A DNA stretch of 61,770 nt, filler included. It is 8 parts of 8 records of this genome, joined end to end, with 100 filler letters (N's around TTAATTAATTAA, not from the genome) between each part and the next. Parts side by side here need not be neighbours in the genome. Positions count along the whole stretch, not along the records: positions 25,784 to 32,055 come from SRR31147125_3035; positions 32,156 to 37,646 come from SRR31147125_3063; positions 37,747 to 48,578 come from SRR31147125_3072; 5 more parts are not named here. The stretch is one strand, 5' to 3'. The number at the start of each line of letters is the position of its first letter. Position 1 is the stretch's first letter. Below, one piece after another: positions 28,267 through 37,926 of this stretch. Under the pieces are notes generated by a model. The model saw only the letters and a program-made list of their open reading frames with translations. It was not told where the DNA came from and ran no database searches. The position numbers were made by a program, and so were the translations under genes.

Positions 28267-28947
28267 CTAACTTATATATTTCTGCAGCAGTACTTTGCAA
28301 GTATTTACCAGGTCTGTGACATATTTTTCTTTGTCATCGATACTCACTCTGCCAGTTACATACTCTGACAGCTGACCTATTATATACCAATGGAGTATAG
28401 ATCTGATTTTGCTAGCTGTCTTTTTACTAATGGCATTATCAGTACCGATTAATAGTAATTGTGCCATATTGTTTCCTACATCCGTAGCTACACCATGTGT
28501 GCTGGTATATACGTCAAACCCTAATCTCTCAAAGTAAAAGAAATTAATTCTAGCTGGATGGTATATAATGTATGATATAAAGGATTTAAAGGCTAAGAAG
28601 ATAATATTTTCAGGACTACTAGCTTGTGCAATATCCCTTTGCATAGTGTTCGAAAAATCATCACATATTTTTATTAATACTGTGTTAAGGAGATTATCGA
28701 AGTTTTGAAAATAGTTATAGATATTTGGAGCTGAGCAATTGATCTCTCGAGCTACCTGTCGTAAATTGACATTGAGTGCACCACCATTTTCCTCGATAAG
28801 TCGCAGAGTAGTGTCTATTATTTTTTCGCTCCCCTTCCGTAAGGGTATATCGTATTTTTTAGTTATCTCCATTTCAATACGATAGTATTCAGGTTCACTG
28901 TCTACAATAACACCATCCATATCAAATAAAATTGCTTTTAACATCAT
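28267..28947 (-). CDS. TetR-family regulator carrying a fused N-terminal HAD-phosphatase fragment
   Basis: MLKAILFDMDGVIVDSE (HAD motif I) for ~36 aa, then EKIIDTTLRLIEENGG...LRQVAREINCSAPNIYNYF (TetR HTH). Confidence 0.75.
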   Translation of the reverse strand: MMLKAILFDMDGVIVDSEPEYYRIEMEITKKYDIPLRKGSEKIIDTTLRLIEENGGALNVNLRQVAREINCSAPNIYNYFQNFDNLLNTVLIKICDDFSNTMQRDIAQASSPENIIFLAFKSFISYIIYHPARINFFYFERLGFDVYTSTHGVATDVGNNMAQLLLIGTDNAISKKTASKIRSILHWYIIGQLSEYVTGRVSIDDKEKYVTDLVNTCKVLLQKYIS

Positions 28948-28983
28948 TCTTCTTCCATAAGTCAATTCCTTGCCAACATTTTC

Positions 28984-29787
28984 CTACTCTACAGTTAACT
29001 CAATTGCTTTTTGAAATCCAGTAGCTGCCCCATCATCTGTACAGTGAGGTAAAATATGATCTGCAATATTCTTAAGTTTTTGTAGCCCATTGGCAACTGC
29101 AAAGCTTGTGCCCGCAAGCTCAAACATTTCAATATCATTTTCTCCGTCGCCCATTACGAGAAACTTATCTAAAGGTATTTTGACCAACCGTGATAGCTCT
29201 AACATCGCAATACCTTTTCCAGCGTTTTCCCCAACAACTTCAGCAAAATGTTGGCTAGAGAAACTGAACTTATATTCATTATGTGAGAAGAACTCGCTAT
29301 TTATCTTTTCCAACGACTCTCTTTCACCACATATCGTTAATTTCAAAATATCACCTACAATATTGTTATCATTTAGTGCAGAATCAACTTCCAATTTAAC
29401 GCCTCTATCCTGGATCAAGTCATTTTTATTAAGTGCCCATATCCCAATATCTGTATAAGCTAAAAGACAGACATCTGGATAAGTGTCACTAATATCATAA
29501 ATTAATTTCTTAGTTCTGTTTGCCATAGGTGATTGCCATAAAACTGTTTCACTAGAGAAATCATAAATCATAGCTCCACCATATACAATGCTCGGTGCAT
29601 TAACCTTAATTAATTTAGCTATTTCAGTAGTAGAAATTGGTGCTCTACCAGTTGCTATTCCTAAACTAATTCCATGGCTCATAAGCTGAGTCGCTTTTTT
29701 CTTAGCATTTGCGCTAATTAGATAATCCTTATATAATAATGTGCCATCCACATCAGATAGCAACATCCAGTTTGATTTTTCTATCAT
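28984..29787 (-). CDS. Cof-type HAD-IIB hydrolase
   Basis: SDVDGTLL, ATGR, KG and GDGENDIEM. Confidence 0.92.
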   Translation of the reverse strand: MIEKSNWMLLSDVDGTLLYKDYLISANAKKKATQLMSHGISLGIATGRAPISTTEIAKLIKVNAPSIVYGGAMIYDFSSETVLWQSPMANRTKKLIYDISDTYPDVCLLAYTDIGIWALNKNDLIQDRGVKLEVDSALNDNNIVGDILKLTICGERESLEKINSEFFSHNEYKFSFSSQHFAEVVGENAGKGIAMLELSRLVKIPLDKFLVMGDGENDIEMFELAGTSFAVANGLQKLKNIADHILPHCTDDGAATGFQKAIELTVE

Positions 29788-29921
29788 ATATAATTAATAC
29801 TTTCCTATTTATTTTCGTCATTATAGAATCCAGTTGCATTAACACGAGATTCGTCATGTTTTCATGACAAAGTGCCTTAAATACACGTTCTTGAATTCAT
29901 GCTATTATTCCAACAAAAGAA

Positions 29922-30713
29922 TCATGTTGATTCTTGTCCTATATAATTATCTTGCTCTGTACATATCACTCTTCTATCATTTTCGTTCATATAATCAACA
30001 ATCTTTGGATCACTGTAATCTGTAATAATCGCATCCATCTCTTTTAAGTCGAATACAGTATAAAACAGTTTTTTATTGAGTTTACTACTATCAGCAACAA
30101 TATACTTTTCATCTGCAATATCTCTCATTACATGTTTTATTCCAACCTCAGAAAAAGTACGATTAGATATACCAAATTCTAAATCAATCGCATCTGCTCC
30201 AAGAAAAACTTTGTTAGCATGAAATTTTCTTAAAAAGTTCATAGCTGAAAATCCAGTCAATGTATAAACTCCCTTTACCAACGCCCCACCAATAACCATA
30301 AGGTCGATAAACTCTTTTTCTGCAATTTCATTTGCTATTTTTATATCATTGGTAATAACTGTTGCATTTTTTGCTGTGATATGCTTTGCAACTTCTAAGG
30401 TTGTTGTGCCGGCATCAAGTACAACAATATCATTGTCTTTAACCATGCGCGCAGCACAACGCCCAATATCCGTTTTGCTTTTTTGATTAACAGTTGTTTT
30501 ACTCTTATATGGTATCTCATAAGAAAGCTTAGTATGGGTTGATATAACTCCACCATGAGTTTTTATAACAAGTTTACGCTCAGCCAAAGAGTCAATGTCT
30601 CTGCGAATTGTGATTGTTGATACACCGAACTTTTCACTTAAATCATTGATATTTGTACTATTATGCTCGTTTATATATTCTAAAACTCTACTAATTCTTT
30701 CATATTGAAGCAT
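29922..30713 (-). CDS. DeoR/GlpR-family transcriptional regulator
   Basis: VSTITIRRDI HTH and LDAGTTT sensor motif. Confidence 0.93.
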   Translation of the reverse strand: MLQYERISRVLEYINEHNSTNINDLSEKFGVSTITIRRDIDSLAERKLVIKTHGGVISTHTKLSYEIPYKSKTTVNQKSKTDIGRCAARMVKDNDIVVLDAGTTTLEVAKHITAKNATVITNDIKIANEIAEKEFIDLMVIGGALVKGVYTLTGFSAMNFLRKFHANKVFLGADAIDLEFGISNRTFSEVGIKHVMRDIADEKYIVADSSKLNKKLFYTVFDLKEMDAIITDYSDPKIVDYMNENDRRVICTEQDNYIGQEST

Positions 30714-30716
30714 ATT

Positions 30717-31520
30717 TTATTTCCTCATTTCTTTCACTTTATTCATAAATTCACTAACACGTTTTTCATCAACAAAGTTTTCAAAAACACCATCAACCTT
30801 GAATGTTGTGCCTACAACAGCTCCATCAGCTATTGAAAGATTTTTTTCCACGTTATTAACGTTTAGTCCTGTATTACAAAACACTAGTGTTTTAACCGCA
30901 TTTTTAACATTTTGCAATACTTCAGAATCAGTTTCTGACCCTGCTGTTAAACCAGAGACACAAATTCCATCTGGCAAATAATTAAACTCCGTTGTTTTTG
31001 CAATTTCTTCAACTGGTCTATCAGCAAGATAAGACGCTGCCTCCGGAACAATATTGTAAAGCATTTTTACATCAGGGCAGTGTCTCTGTCTATGACGCAC
31101 AACTTCACCGCCATTAGTGTTCCAAAGACCAAAATCACTTGCATAAACTCCGCTAATTATTTCTCTAATAAATTTTGCATCTGTTGCAGCAGCAAGATCA
31201 AGTGATGCAATCGGGTCCCATAACACATTGACACCATATGGCACCTTAATATCTTCTTGTAATTCACCAATAATTCTTGCCATAGCTGCTGTTGTAATTG
31301 TCTCAACTTTTGTAAGATATGGTAAACTAAATTCATTTGAAAACATTATACCATCAACCCCACCATTTTGTAACGCAATTAAATCTGCTTTTGCATAATT
31401 AATGACTTGTTTCATATTGTCTATTCCTACTGTATACGCAGGATCTCCAACCATTGGCCTAAAGTGACACATTGCGATTACGGGTTTTTCTGTTTTGAAA
31501 GTTTCTTTTAACCATTTCAT
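30717..31520 (-). CDS. BtpA/SgcQ family TIM-barrel protein
   Basis: LQNGGVDGIMFSNEFSLPY, YGVNVLWD, VSGLTAG and ADGAVVGT. Confidence 0.9.
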   Translation of the reverse strand: MKWLKETFKTEKPVIAMCHFRPMVGDPAYTVGIDNMKQVINYAKADLIALQNGGVDGIMFSNEFSLPYLTKVETITTAAMARIIGELQEDIKVPYGVNVLWDPIASLDLAAATDAKFIREIISGVYASDFGLWNTNGGEVVRHRQRHCPDVKMLYNIVPEAASYLADRPVEEIAKTTEFNYLPDGICVSGLTAGSETDSEVLQNVKNAVKTLVFCNTGLNVNNVEKNLSIADGAVVGTTFKVDGVFENFVDEKRVSEFMNKVKEMRK

Positions 31521-31609
31521 ATTAATTACCTCTTATTTATTATTTTTATTTTATGTTACAAAATATTAAATCGTTTAAGTCTATTTTTGATCAAATCTAT
31601 ATAAATTCA

Positions 31610-32055
31610 CTATATGTTATCCTTAGTTAAATCAGCCAAAATATGGTGTTCATCAATGAGCTTTGTATATAAACTTTTATATACTTCGTATAGCTTTCGA
31701 TATCTCTTATTATTTTCTAAATTAGGTACAATCACCTCTTCAATTTCAACAAATTTATTGATGTCTTCCCAATCATGAATAAGTCCAACTCCAATTCCGG
31801 CAATAAATGCTGCTCCGAGTGATGATCCAGGATGACTTACGATTGATTCCAACGTAAGTCCTGAAATATCTGCGATGATTTGTCGCCATAATCTACACTT
31901 AGATCCACCATTAGTTATTCGAACTTTGTTCAGCTCAGCTCCCAGTTCTTCAAAAACTTCAAAATGGTTGTTAAAACCAAATCCAACTCCTTCAAGTAGC
32001 GCTCTATAAAGATGCCCTTTAGTGTGCCCAAGGTGCAATCCAAAAAAAGTCCCCT
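31610..32055 (-). CDS. FGGY-family carbohydrate kinase, C-terminal part (5' truncated)
   Basis: GTFFGL...HLYRALLEGVGF, GGSK..LWRQIIADI and SLGAAFIAG. Confidence 0.88.
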
Positions 32056-32155
32056 NNNNNNNNNNNNNNNNNNNNNNNNNNNNNNNNNNNNNNNNNNNNT
32101 TAATTAATTAANNNNNNNNNNNNNNNNNNNNNNNNNNNNNNNNNNNNNNNNNNNN
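32056..32155. other. Artificial contig spacer
   Basis: N44-TTAATTAATTAA-N44. Confidence 0.98.
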
Positions 32156-32273
32156 ATCCGGAGCTGTACCCGCAGCTGTAAGCCTTATATAATTGTGAAT
32201 GCAACCGCAGCCACTGTCCGTTTTATCGAATGGGAAGGCAGCAATCATAAATAGGTGAGCCAGAAAACCTGCC
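32156..32273 (+). ncRNA. Cobalamin riboswitch (5' part truncated)
   Basis: ATCCG-GCTGTACCCGCAGCTGTAA, GCCACTG, GGGAAGGC and B12-box GAGCCAGAAAACCTGCC, directly upstream of btuF. Confidence 0.92.
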
Positions 32274-32366
32274 AATTTTTATTTTTTTTAATGAACGAAC
32301 TTCGGGAATAAAGTTTCGGAAAACATTGTCTGATTCTGCCTTTATTTCGGTTAAAAAGTAATTTAA

Positions 32367-33182
32367 ATGTTTGCACGAAGAATTTATTTGTTGGCATTGT
32401 TAATGCTGACTTGCATTATTGGCTTTTCTCAGAAAGTAAAAAAGGTAGTTTCGCTAACTCCTTCAATTACCGAAATTATTTATGAAATTGGTGCACAAAA
32501 TAAAATAGTGGGCTGCACCAGTTATTGTACTCCCGCCATAAAAAATGGTGTTGAACAAGTTGGTTCTGCGGTGAATGTAAATATCGAAAAACTTTTTGCG
32601 CTACAACCCGATGTAGTTTTAACCATGAAATTAACCAAACCTCAGGATGTGGCAGCCATGAAAAAACTCGGAATTAAAGTTGAAGTAATGGAAACGCCTA
32701 AAAATTTCGAGGAAATATGTGCCCAAACCCATAAAATTGCAAAGCTGGTTGGGAATACTGAAGAAGCTGAAATTGTAGTTGCTGAAGCCCATAGAAAAGT
32801 TGCCGAAATTAAGGAAAAAACAAAAAGTAGCCAAAAACAAAAGGTATTTTTCCAGATTGGAGCTAACCCAATTTTCACGGTACTCGATAATACTTTTATG
32901 GATAATTATATAACGTTTTGCAACGGAAAAAATATTTCTGCCGGAATGAAACACGGGACAATTACGCGCGAAAGTGTTTTGGTGAAAAATCCTGATGTTA
33001 TTCTGATTGCTACTATGGGTGGTTTTGGCGAACAGGAGAAAAAGGTTTGGAATGATTATTCAGAAATGTCGGCTGCAGAAAACAATAAAATTTTTATAAT
33101 TGATTCGGAAACATCGTGTAGTCCAACTCCTAAAAATTTTGTAAGCGCACTTAGTTATGTTTATGAGTGTATGAATCAGTAA
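32367..33182 (+). CDS. btuF: Cobalamin ABC transporter substrate-binding protein
   Basis: VVSLTPSITEI...NIEKLFALQPDVV helical-backbone fold, downstream of a B12 riboswitch. Confidence 0.85.
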   Translation: MFARRIYLLALLMLTCIIGFSQKVKKVVSLTPSITEIIYEIGAQNKIVGCTSYCTPAIKNGVEQVGSAVNVNIEKLFALQPDVVLTMKLTKPQDVAAMKKLGIKVEVMETPKNFEEICAQTHKIAKLVGNTEEAEIVVAEAHRKVAEIKEKTKSSQKQKVFFQIGANPIFTVLDNTFMDNYITFCNGKNISAGMKHGTITRESVLVKNPDVILIATMGGFGEQEKKVWNDYSEMSAAENNKIFIIDSETSCSPTPKNFVSALSYVYECMNQ

Positions 33183-33222
33183 TAAATCAGTTAATTTACA
33201 AAGACGTAATAAGGCAATTCGC

Positions 33223-34233
33223 ATGAAACGAAAATATATAAAATGGTTATTGTTTTTATTGGCACTGGTGGCGTTGTTAATAGTGGCTGTTTTGGTTTCA
33301 ATCTCGTCAGGCGAAGTCAAAATATCGATTTCTCAGCTTCCTGACATATTCGCGAAAAAAAGCGGAATAGAATATACCGTATTAACTAAAATACGTTTCC
33401 CCCGCTTATTACTTGCTATTGCAGTTGGTGGATCATTAAGTTTGTCAGGGGCTATTTTACAGGGAATTTACCGGAATCCTTTGGTGGAACCTTATACGCT
33501 TGGTATTTCAGGAGGAGCAGCATTAGGCATAGCCATTGCAATTGTTTTCGGATTGAATACACTTAGCTTTTTAACATTGCCGGTTTTCGGATTTGGTGGT
33601 GCAATAATTACTTTATTTCTGGTTTATTTTTTAAGTGTGAAACGGGGAGGGCTAAGTATTAACAGTATGCTGCTAATTGGGGTTATGGTTAGCTTTGTTT
33701 CATCGTCGGCAATGATGTTTTTAATGTCGATAACAACAACCGATAACCTGCAAAGCATTGTTTTTTGGGTAATGGGCTCACTCGACGAGTCGGATAATCT
33801 GCTTATAAAAATTGCCTTTTATTCATCGGTATCCGGTCTTGTATTAACCTATTTCTTTGCACAGCCATTAAATGCGCTTCGGTTGGGGCAGGCAAAAGCT
33901 AAACATTTAGGTATTAACACGAATATTACGGTACGTTTGTTGTTTTTTGTGGCATCGTTACTTACCGGAATTGCCGTTTCTGTAGCAGGTGTAATTGGTT
34001 TTGTGGGGCTTGTTATTCCACATATTATCCGTTTATGTATAGGTAACGATTATCGTATCTTAATTGCAGGTTCCTTTTTAGGAGGTGCTATTTTCCTTGT
34101 TTTTTGCGATACGGTTGCCCGCACAATAATTGCTCCCAACGAATTGCCAATTGGCGTAATTACAGGTTTTGTGGGCGGCTTGGTCTTCATTGTAGTGTTA
34201 AGTCGTTCAAAGTCGCATTTTAAATTGAATTAG
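33223..34233 (+). CDS. btuC: Cobalamin ABC transporter permease (FecCD/BtuC)
   Basis: IRFPR, RNPLVEPYTLGISGGA and GFVGLVIPH. Confidence 0.88.
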   Translation: MKRKYIKWLLFLLALVALLIVAVLVSISSGEVKISISQLPDIFAKKSGIEYTVLTKIRFPRLLLAIAVGGSLSLSGAILQGIYRNPLVEPYTLGISGGAALGIAIAIVFGLNTLSFLTLPVFGFGGAIITLFLVYFLSVKRGGLSINSMLLIGVMVSFVSSSAMMFLMSITTTDNLQSIVFWVMGSLDESDNLLIKIAFYSSVSGLVLTYFFAQPLNALRLGQAKAKHLGINTNITVRLLFFVASLLTGIAVSVAGVIGFVGLVIPHIIRLCIGNDYRILIAGSFLGGAIFLVFCDTVARTIIAPNELPIGVITGFVGGLVFIVVLSRSKSHFKLN

Positions 34234-34234
34234 A

Positions 34235-35038
34235 ATGGAAAAGTTTTTCAGTATAAAAGATTTTTCGTGCGGCTACCCTGGAAAGTTCGTGCTAAACAAA
34301 ATCAGTTTCGAAATTGGTAAAGGCGATTTTGTGGGAATAATTGGGCCAAATGGTTCCGGAAAAACTACTTTGTTTCGTGGTATTTCAGGAGAAATTCCGT
34401 TGCTTTCGGGTAGCATGGATTTGGCCGGAAAGAACATGGATAAGATGAACCTAAAAGACAGGGCTCAGAATTTGGCCATTGTTACCCAGAATATTGAGGT
34501 GGGCAGTATGACCGTTGAGGAATACGTTCTAATGGGCAGGCTTCCGTACCACAGACAATTTCAGTTTTTCGAGACCCAGGAAGATATAGAAATTGCCGAT
34601 AAATACATGAAGTTAACAGGTGTTGACAGACTGAAAGGAAAATTCATGAATGCTTTGAGTGGGGGAGAACAACAACTTGCCGGAATTGCACGGGCCTTAA
34701 CACAGGAACCACAGCTCCTTTTACTCGACGAACCAACCTCGCACCTTGATATTACGCACCAGGTGCAAATATTGAATCTTATCAGGCGGCTGAGTAAGGA
34801 ATTAAAGCTTACAATTCTTATGATTATTCACGATTTGAATCTGGCAGGAGAATATTGCGATTCGTTAGTGATGATGCAGAAAGGTACCATGCGGAAAATG
34901 GGAAAACCTGCTGAAGTTTTAAATTATTCCGATATCGAAGCTGTTTACAATACTGTTGTGGTTACACGTACTAATCCTATTTCTGGAAAACCGGTTGTAT
35001 TTTTAGTTTCCGAAGAAGTAATAGCAGACAAGAAATAA
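34235..35038 (+). CDS. btuD: Cobalamin ABC transporter ATP-binding protein
   Basis: GPNGSGKTT, LSGGEQQ and LDEPTSHLD. Confidence 0.88.
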   Translation: MEKFFSIKDFSCGYPGKFVLNKISFEIGKGDFVGIIGPNGSGKTTLFRGISGEIPLLSGSMDLAGKNMDKMNLKDRAQNLAIVTQNIEVGSMTVEEYVLMGRLPYHRQFQFFETQEDIEIADKYMKLTGVDRLKGKFMNALSGGEQQLAGIARALTQEPQLLLLDEPTSHLDITHQVQILNLIRRLSKELKLTILMIIHDLNLAGEYCDSLVMMQKGTMRKMGKPAEVLNYSDIEAVYNTVVVTRTNPISGKPVVFLVSEEVIADKK

Positions 35039-35284
35039 CCTACACATTTTTTAGGAAAACTTCTGTTGTACAATCTAATTTTCAATATTTCTACCCTAAT
35101 GTACATTGAAAGTTTCAAACGTTTTAATATATTGCAATCTGCACTTTGCAACTTGATTTTCAGTGCCATTAAACTTTAAATTACAGTTAACAAAGGCAAG
35201 TTTTTAATAAAGAAAAAATTCTCTAATTGATTTTATGGTTATTTTTGAATCGTAATTAAAAATCATCGCAAGACGATAAATTAA

Positions 35285-35935
35285 ATGAACGCAGCAAGAA
35301 AAAATAAGATTAAAAATCAGGCATCGGAACCTACTTTACGAAGGTTGCCCGGTTACTTGTTTTATCTTGAAAAAGTTCGCGAGGAAGGAGTGATTAATAT
35401 CTCTGCACCAACTATTGGCAAGGTGCTCGATTGCGATCCTACCCAAGTTGTTAAAGATTTATCGGTAACCGGTATTAAAGGAAAACCACGCGTTGGTTAC
35501 AATACCTACGAATTATGTCATGCTCTTGAGGATTACCTCAGCTTTAATCGTGTTAATGAAGCTTTTATAGTGGGGGCAGGTAATCTTGGTTCTGCTTTAA
35601 TGGCGTATCAGGAGCATCAGACTTTAGGTATTAAAATCATTGCAGCATTCGATGTGAATCCTGATAAGATAGGACAGCATATCGGTGGTATTCATGTACT
35701 TGAGTATAACAAGATGTTTCACCTTTCGAACCGGTTAGATGTAAAGATTGCCTTGCTTACTACACCCAACGAGGTGGCGCAAGACGTGGCAGAAGATTTG
35801 GTAAATTGTGGAATAAAAGCCATTTGGAATTTTTCGCATACCAATCTTGATTTACCCGATGATATTATTGTAGAAAACACGTCGATGAGCTCGTTTGCCG
35901 CAGTGCTTCTTCGACGATTAAACGATTCAGAATAA
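35285..35935 (+). CDS. rex: Redox-sensing transcriptional repressor Rex
   Basis: PTLRRLPGY, QVVKDL...GKPRVGY, VGAGNLGSAL and IKAIWNF. Confidence 0.92.
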   Translation: MNAARKNKIKNQASEPTLRRLPGYLFYLEKVREEGVINISAPTIGKVLDCDPTQVVKDLSVTGIKGKPRVGYNTYELCHALEDYLSFNRVNEAFIVGAGNLGSALMAYQEHQTLGIKIIAAFDVNPDKIGQHIGGIHVLEYNKMFHLSNRLDVKIALLTTPNEVAQDVAEDLVNCGIKAIWNFSHTNLDLPDDIIVENTSMSSFAAVLLRRLNDSE

Positions 35936-35957
35936 ATAATTTTTAAAATCAGTTGTC

Positions 35958-36155
35958 ATGAAAAAAACAAAAACATTATTAGGTTGTGTGGCTAATCAAA
36001 TAAAGAATTTTTTCTTTAAAGCGCAAAAAAATGATATTAGTCATGCTTGTGAAGAGCTGTTCGATAAGCATGAAGAAACTACTCCTGAAGAATTAAAATA
36101 CTTTGAAGAGTATGCAATAAAATATGCCACAACTACTCGTTGGCAGACTGTGTAA
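35958..36155 (+). CDS. Hypothetical 65-aa protein downstream of rex
   Basis: Co-oriented 22 nt after rex. No recognised domain. Confidence 0.5.
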   Translation: MKKTKTLLGCVANQIKNFFFKAQKNDISHACEELFDKHEETTPEELKYFEEYAIKYATTTRWQTV

Positions 36156-36338
36156 ATTTCAACTTGAGATTCTTGAATATAATTAGTGCTTCTTTGTAGA
36201 AGCCCAATAAATATTGGTGGCCGGTTTTATTCTGCTATCATTATTTCATACGTGTTTTAATTTTTGATTCGTACTGCTCAACTTCTCTTGCTTAATTTAT
36301 TATCTTTATCAGCAATAAATCAACTAAATTCTATAAAG

Positions 36339-37175
36339 ATGAATAAATCTATTTTTCTCATTGTTTTTGCTTTATTTATTTCAACAATTGTGTTTGGGCA
36401 GAAACCTGAAAGACCGGCACCGCAACCGGCACCAGAAACTTCCGAGCAGTTTAAACTTGGTGTAGCTGGTTTTACATTTTATAAATTCGATTTACAAACT
36501 ACACTTGAAACCATGCAACGTTGCGATGTGCATTATCTGTGCATCAAAGATTTTCATTTACCTGTAAAAAGTACTGCCGAAGAAATTAAAGCCTTCCACG
36601 AGAAATGTGCAGAATATGGTGTTGAAGGTTATGCTGTTGGCCCGCTTTACATGAAATCGGAAGAAGATATTGATAAATATTTCGATTATGCCAAAAGGGT
36701 GGGAGTGAAGACTATTGTTGGAGTACCAAATTATGACCTACTTCCTTATGTAGATAAAAAAGTAAAAGAGTACGGATTCAATTTTGCAATTCATTTACAT
36801 GGTCCTGATATTGATAAATTTCCTGATGCAGAAGATGTGTGGGAACATACTAAAGATTTAGATCCAAGAATTGGAATGTGTTTGGATATTGGCCACGATA
36901 CCCGAAATGGCAAAGACCCGGTTGCGGACTTAAAAAAATACCACACACGCGTTTTCGATATCCATTTAAAAGATGTTACCGGATCTACAAAATTGGGTTA
37001 TTCGGTTGAAGTTGGCCGCGGTATTATCGACTTCCCGGCATTTGTAAACATGTTACGCAAGGTAGATTATACGGGTGTTGTTAGTTTGGAACACGAACGA
37101 AATATGGATAACCCGTTTATGGGGATTGCCGAATCAATTGGCTATTTCAGAGCTATGGTTGAAGCAACAAAATAG
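36339..37175 (+). CDS. Secreted sugar-phosphate isomerase/epimerase-like (xylose isomerase-type TIM barrel) protein
   Basis: Signal peptide from MNKSIF, metal ligands LDIGH, IHLKD and SLEHE. Confidence 0.85.
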   Translation: MNKSIFLIVFALFISTIVFGQKPERPAPQPAPETSEQFKLGVAGFTFYKFDLQTTLETMQRCDVHYLCIKDFHLPVKSTAEEIKAFHEKCAEYGVEGYAVGPLYMKSEEDIDKYFDYAKRVGVKTIVGVPNYDLLPYVDKKVKEYGFNFAIHLHGPDIDKFPDAEDVWEHTKDLDPRIGMCLDIGHDTRNGKDPVADLKKYHTRVFDIHLKDVTGSTKLGYSVEVGRGIIDFPAFVNMLRKVDYTGVVSLEHERNMDNPFMGIAESIGYFRAMVEATK

Positions 37176-37199
37176 AGTTTTTGTTTAATATTAACGTTC

Positions 37200-37228
37200 G
37201 AGGTGCTAAGTGTTTAGCACCTTTTTTA
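37200..37228 (+). terminator. Rho-independent terminator
   Basis: AGGTGCTAA-GTGT-TTAGCACCT followed by a T run. Confidence 0.8.
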
Positions 37229-37646
37229 TTGTTTCATCAGTTCTAATTTATTTAGAATTTCAAATACATGATATCCATCGGGAGTGCATGATGAACATTT
37301 ACAGCCATTGCCATTAATTCTTTATCTCCGTTCATTAAACATTTTTTCGAAGGTAATTTTTGGAGTATAATCTTCAATTTTAAAATTTCGGGCATGAGTT
37401 AATGTTGTTATTTTATTCCACGGAACAGAAGAATAATTAACTGTATCTGGAAGCCTGTCTCCATCACTTAAACACTGCCTTTGGTATTAAATGCCTCTTC
37501 AATTTCTTTTTACAATTTTTGGTTAAGGGGTTAAGGTCGATGCAGGCAAAGGTTGACGAAGCGTAAATTTCATCGAAAATGTAAACCTTTTTGTCGATAA
37601 CCCCTGCAATGGAATTCTTTAACCCACATTGCAGGTTTTAAGTCCA
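37226..37646 (-). pseudogene. Degraded chloramphenicol acetyltransferase (CatA-like) gene
   Basis: Several frames give NYSSVPW...TLTHAR...PKITF, then MAMAVNVHHAL/DGYHVFEIL (catalytic HHxxxDGYH). It has multiple frameshifts and runs off the contig. Confidence 0.75.
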
Positions 37647-37746
37647 NNNNNNNNNNNNNNNNNNNNNNNNNNNNNNNNNNNNNNNNNNNNTTAATTAATT
37701 AANNNNNNNNNNNNNNNNNNNNNNNNNNNNNNNNNNNNNNNNNNNN
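37647..37746. other. Artificial contig spacer
   Basis: N44-TTAATTAATTAA-N44. Confidence 0.98.
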
Positions 37747-37926
37747 CCTTGAAATTATTAAAAAAATGTGTTTATTAAATAGGTGGGTTTCGTTATGATT
37801 ATAAATACTTATTCCAGATTTGAACTTTAAAAAGGCCTACGCATCTGCAGTTTCTGAGTCTTGCCAGTACTTGATTATAGTAGTAAAAGTAATATTTTGC
37901 TGAACATACGAATATAAAGCCTATTT

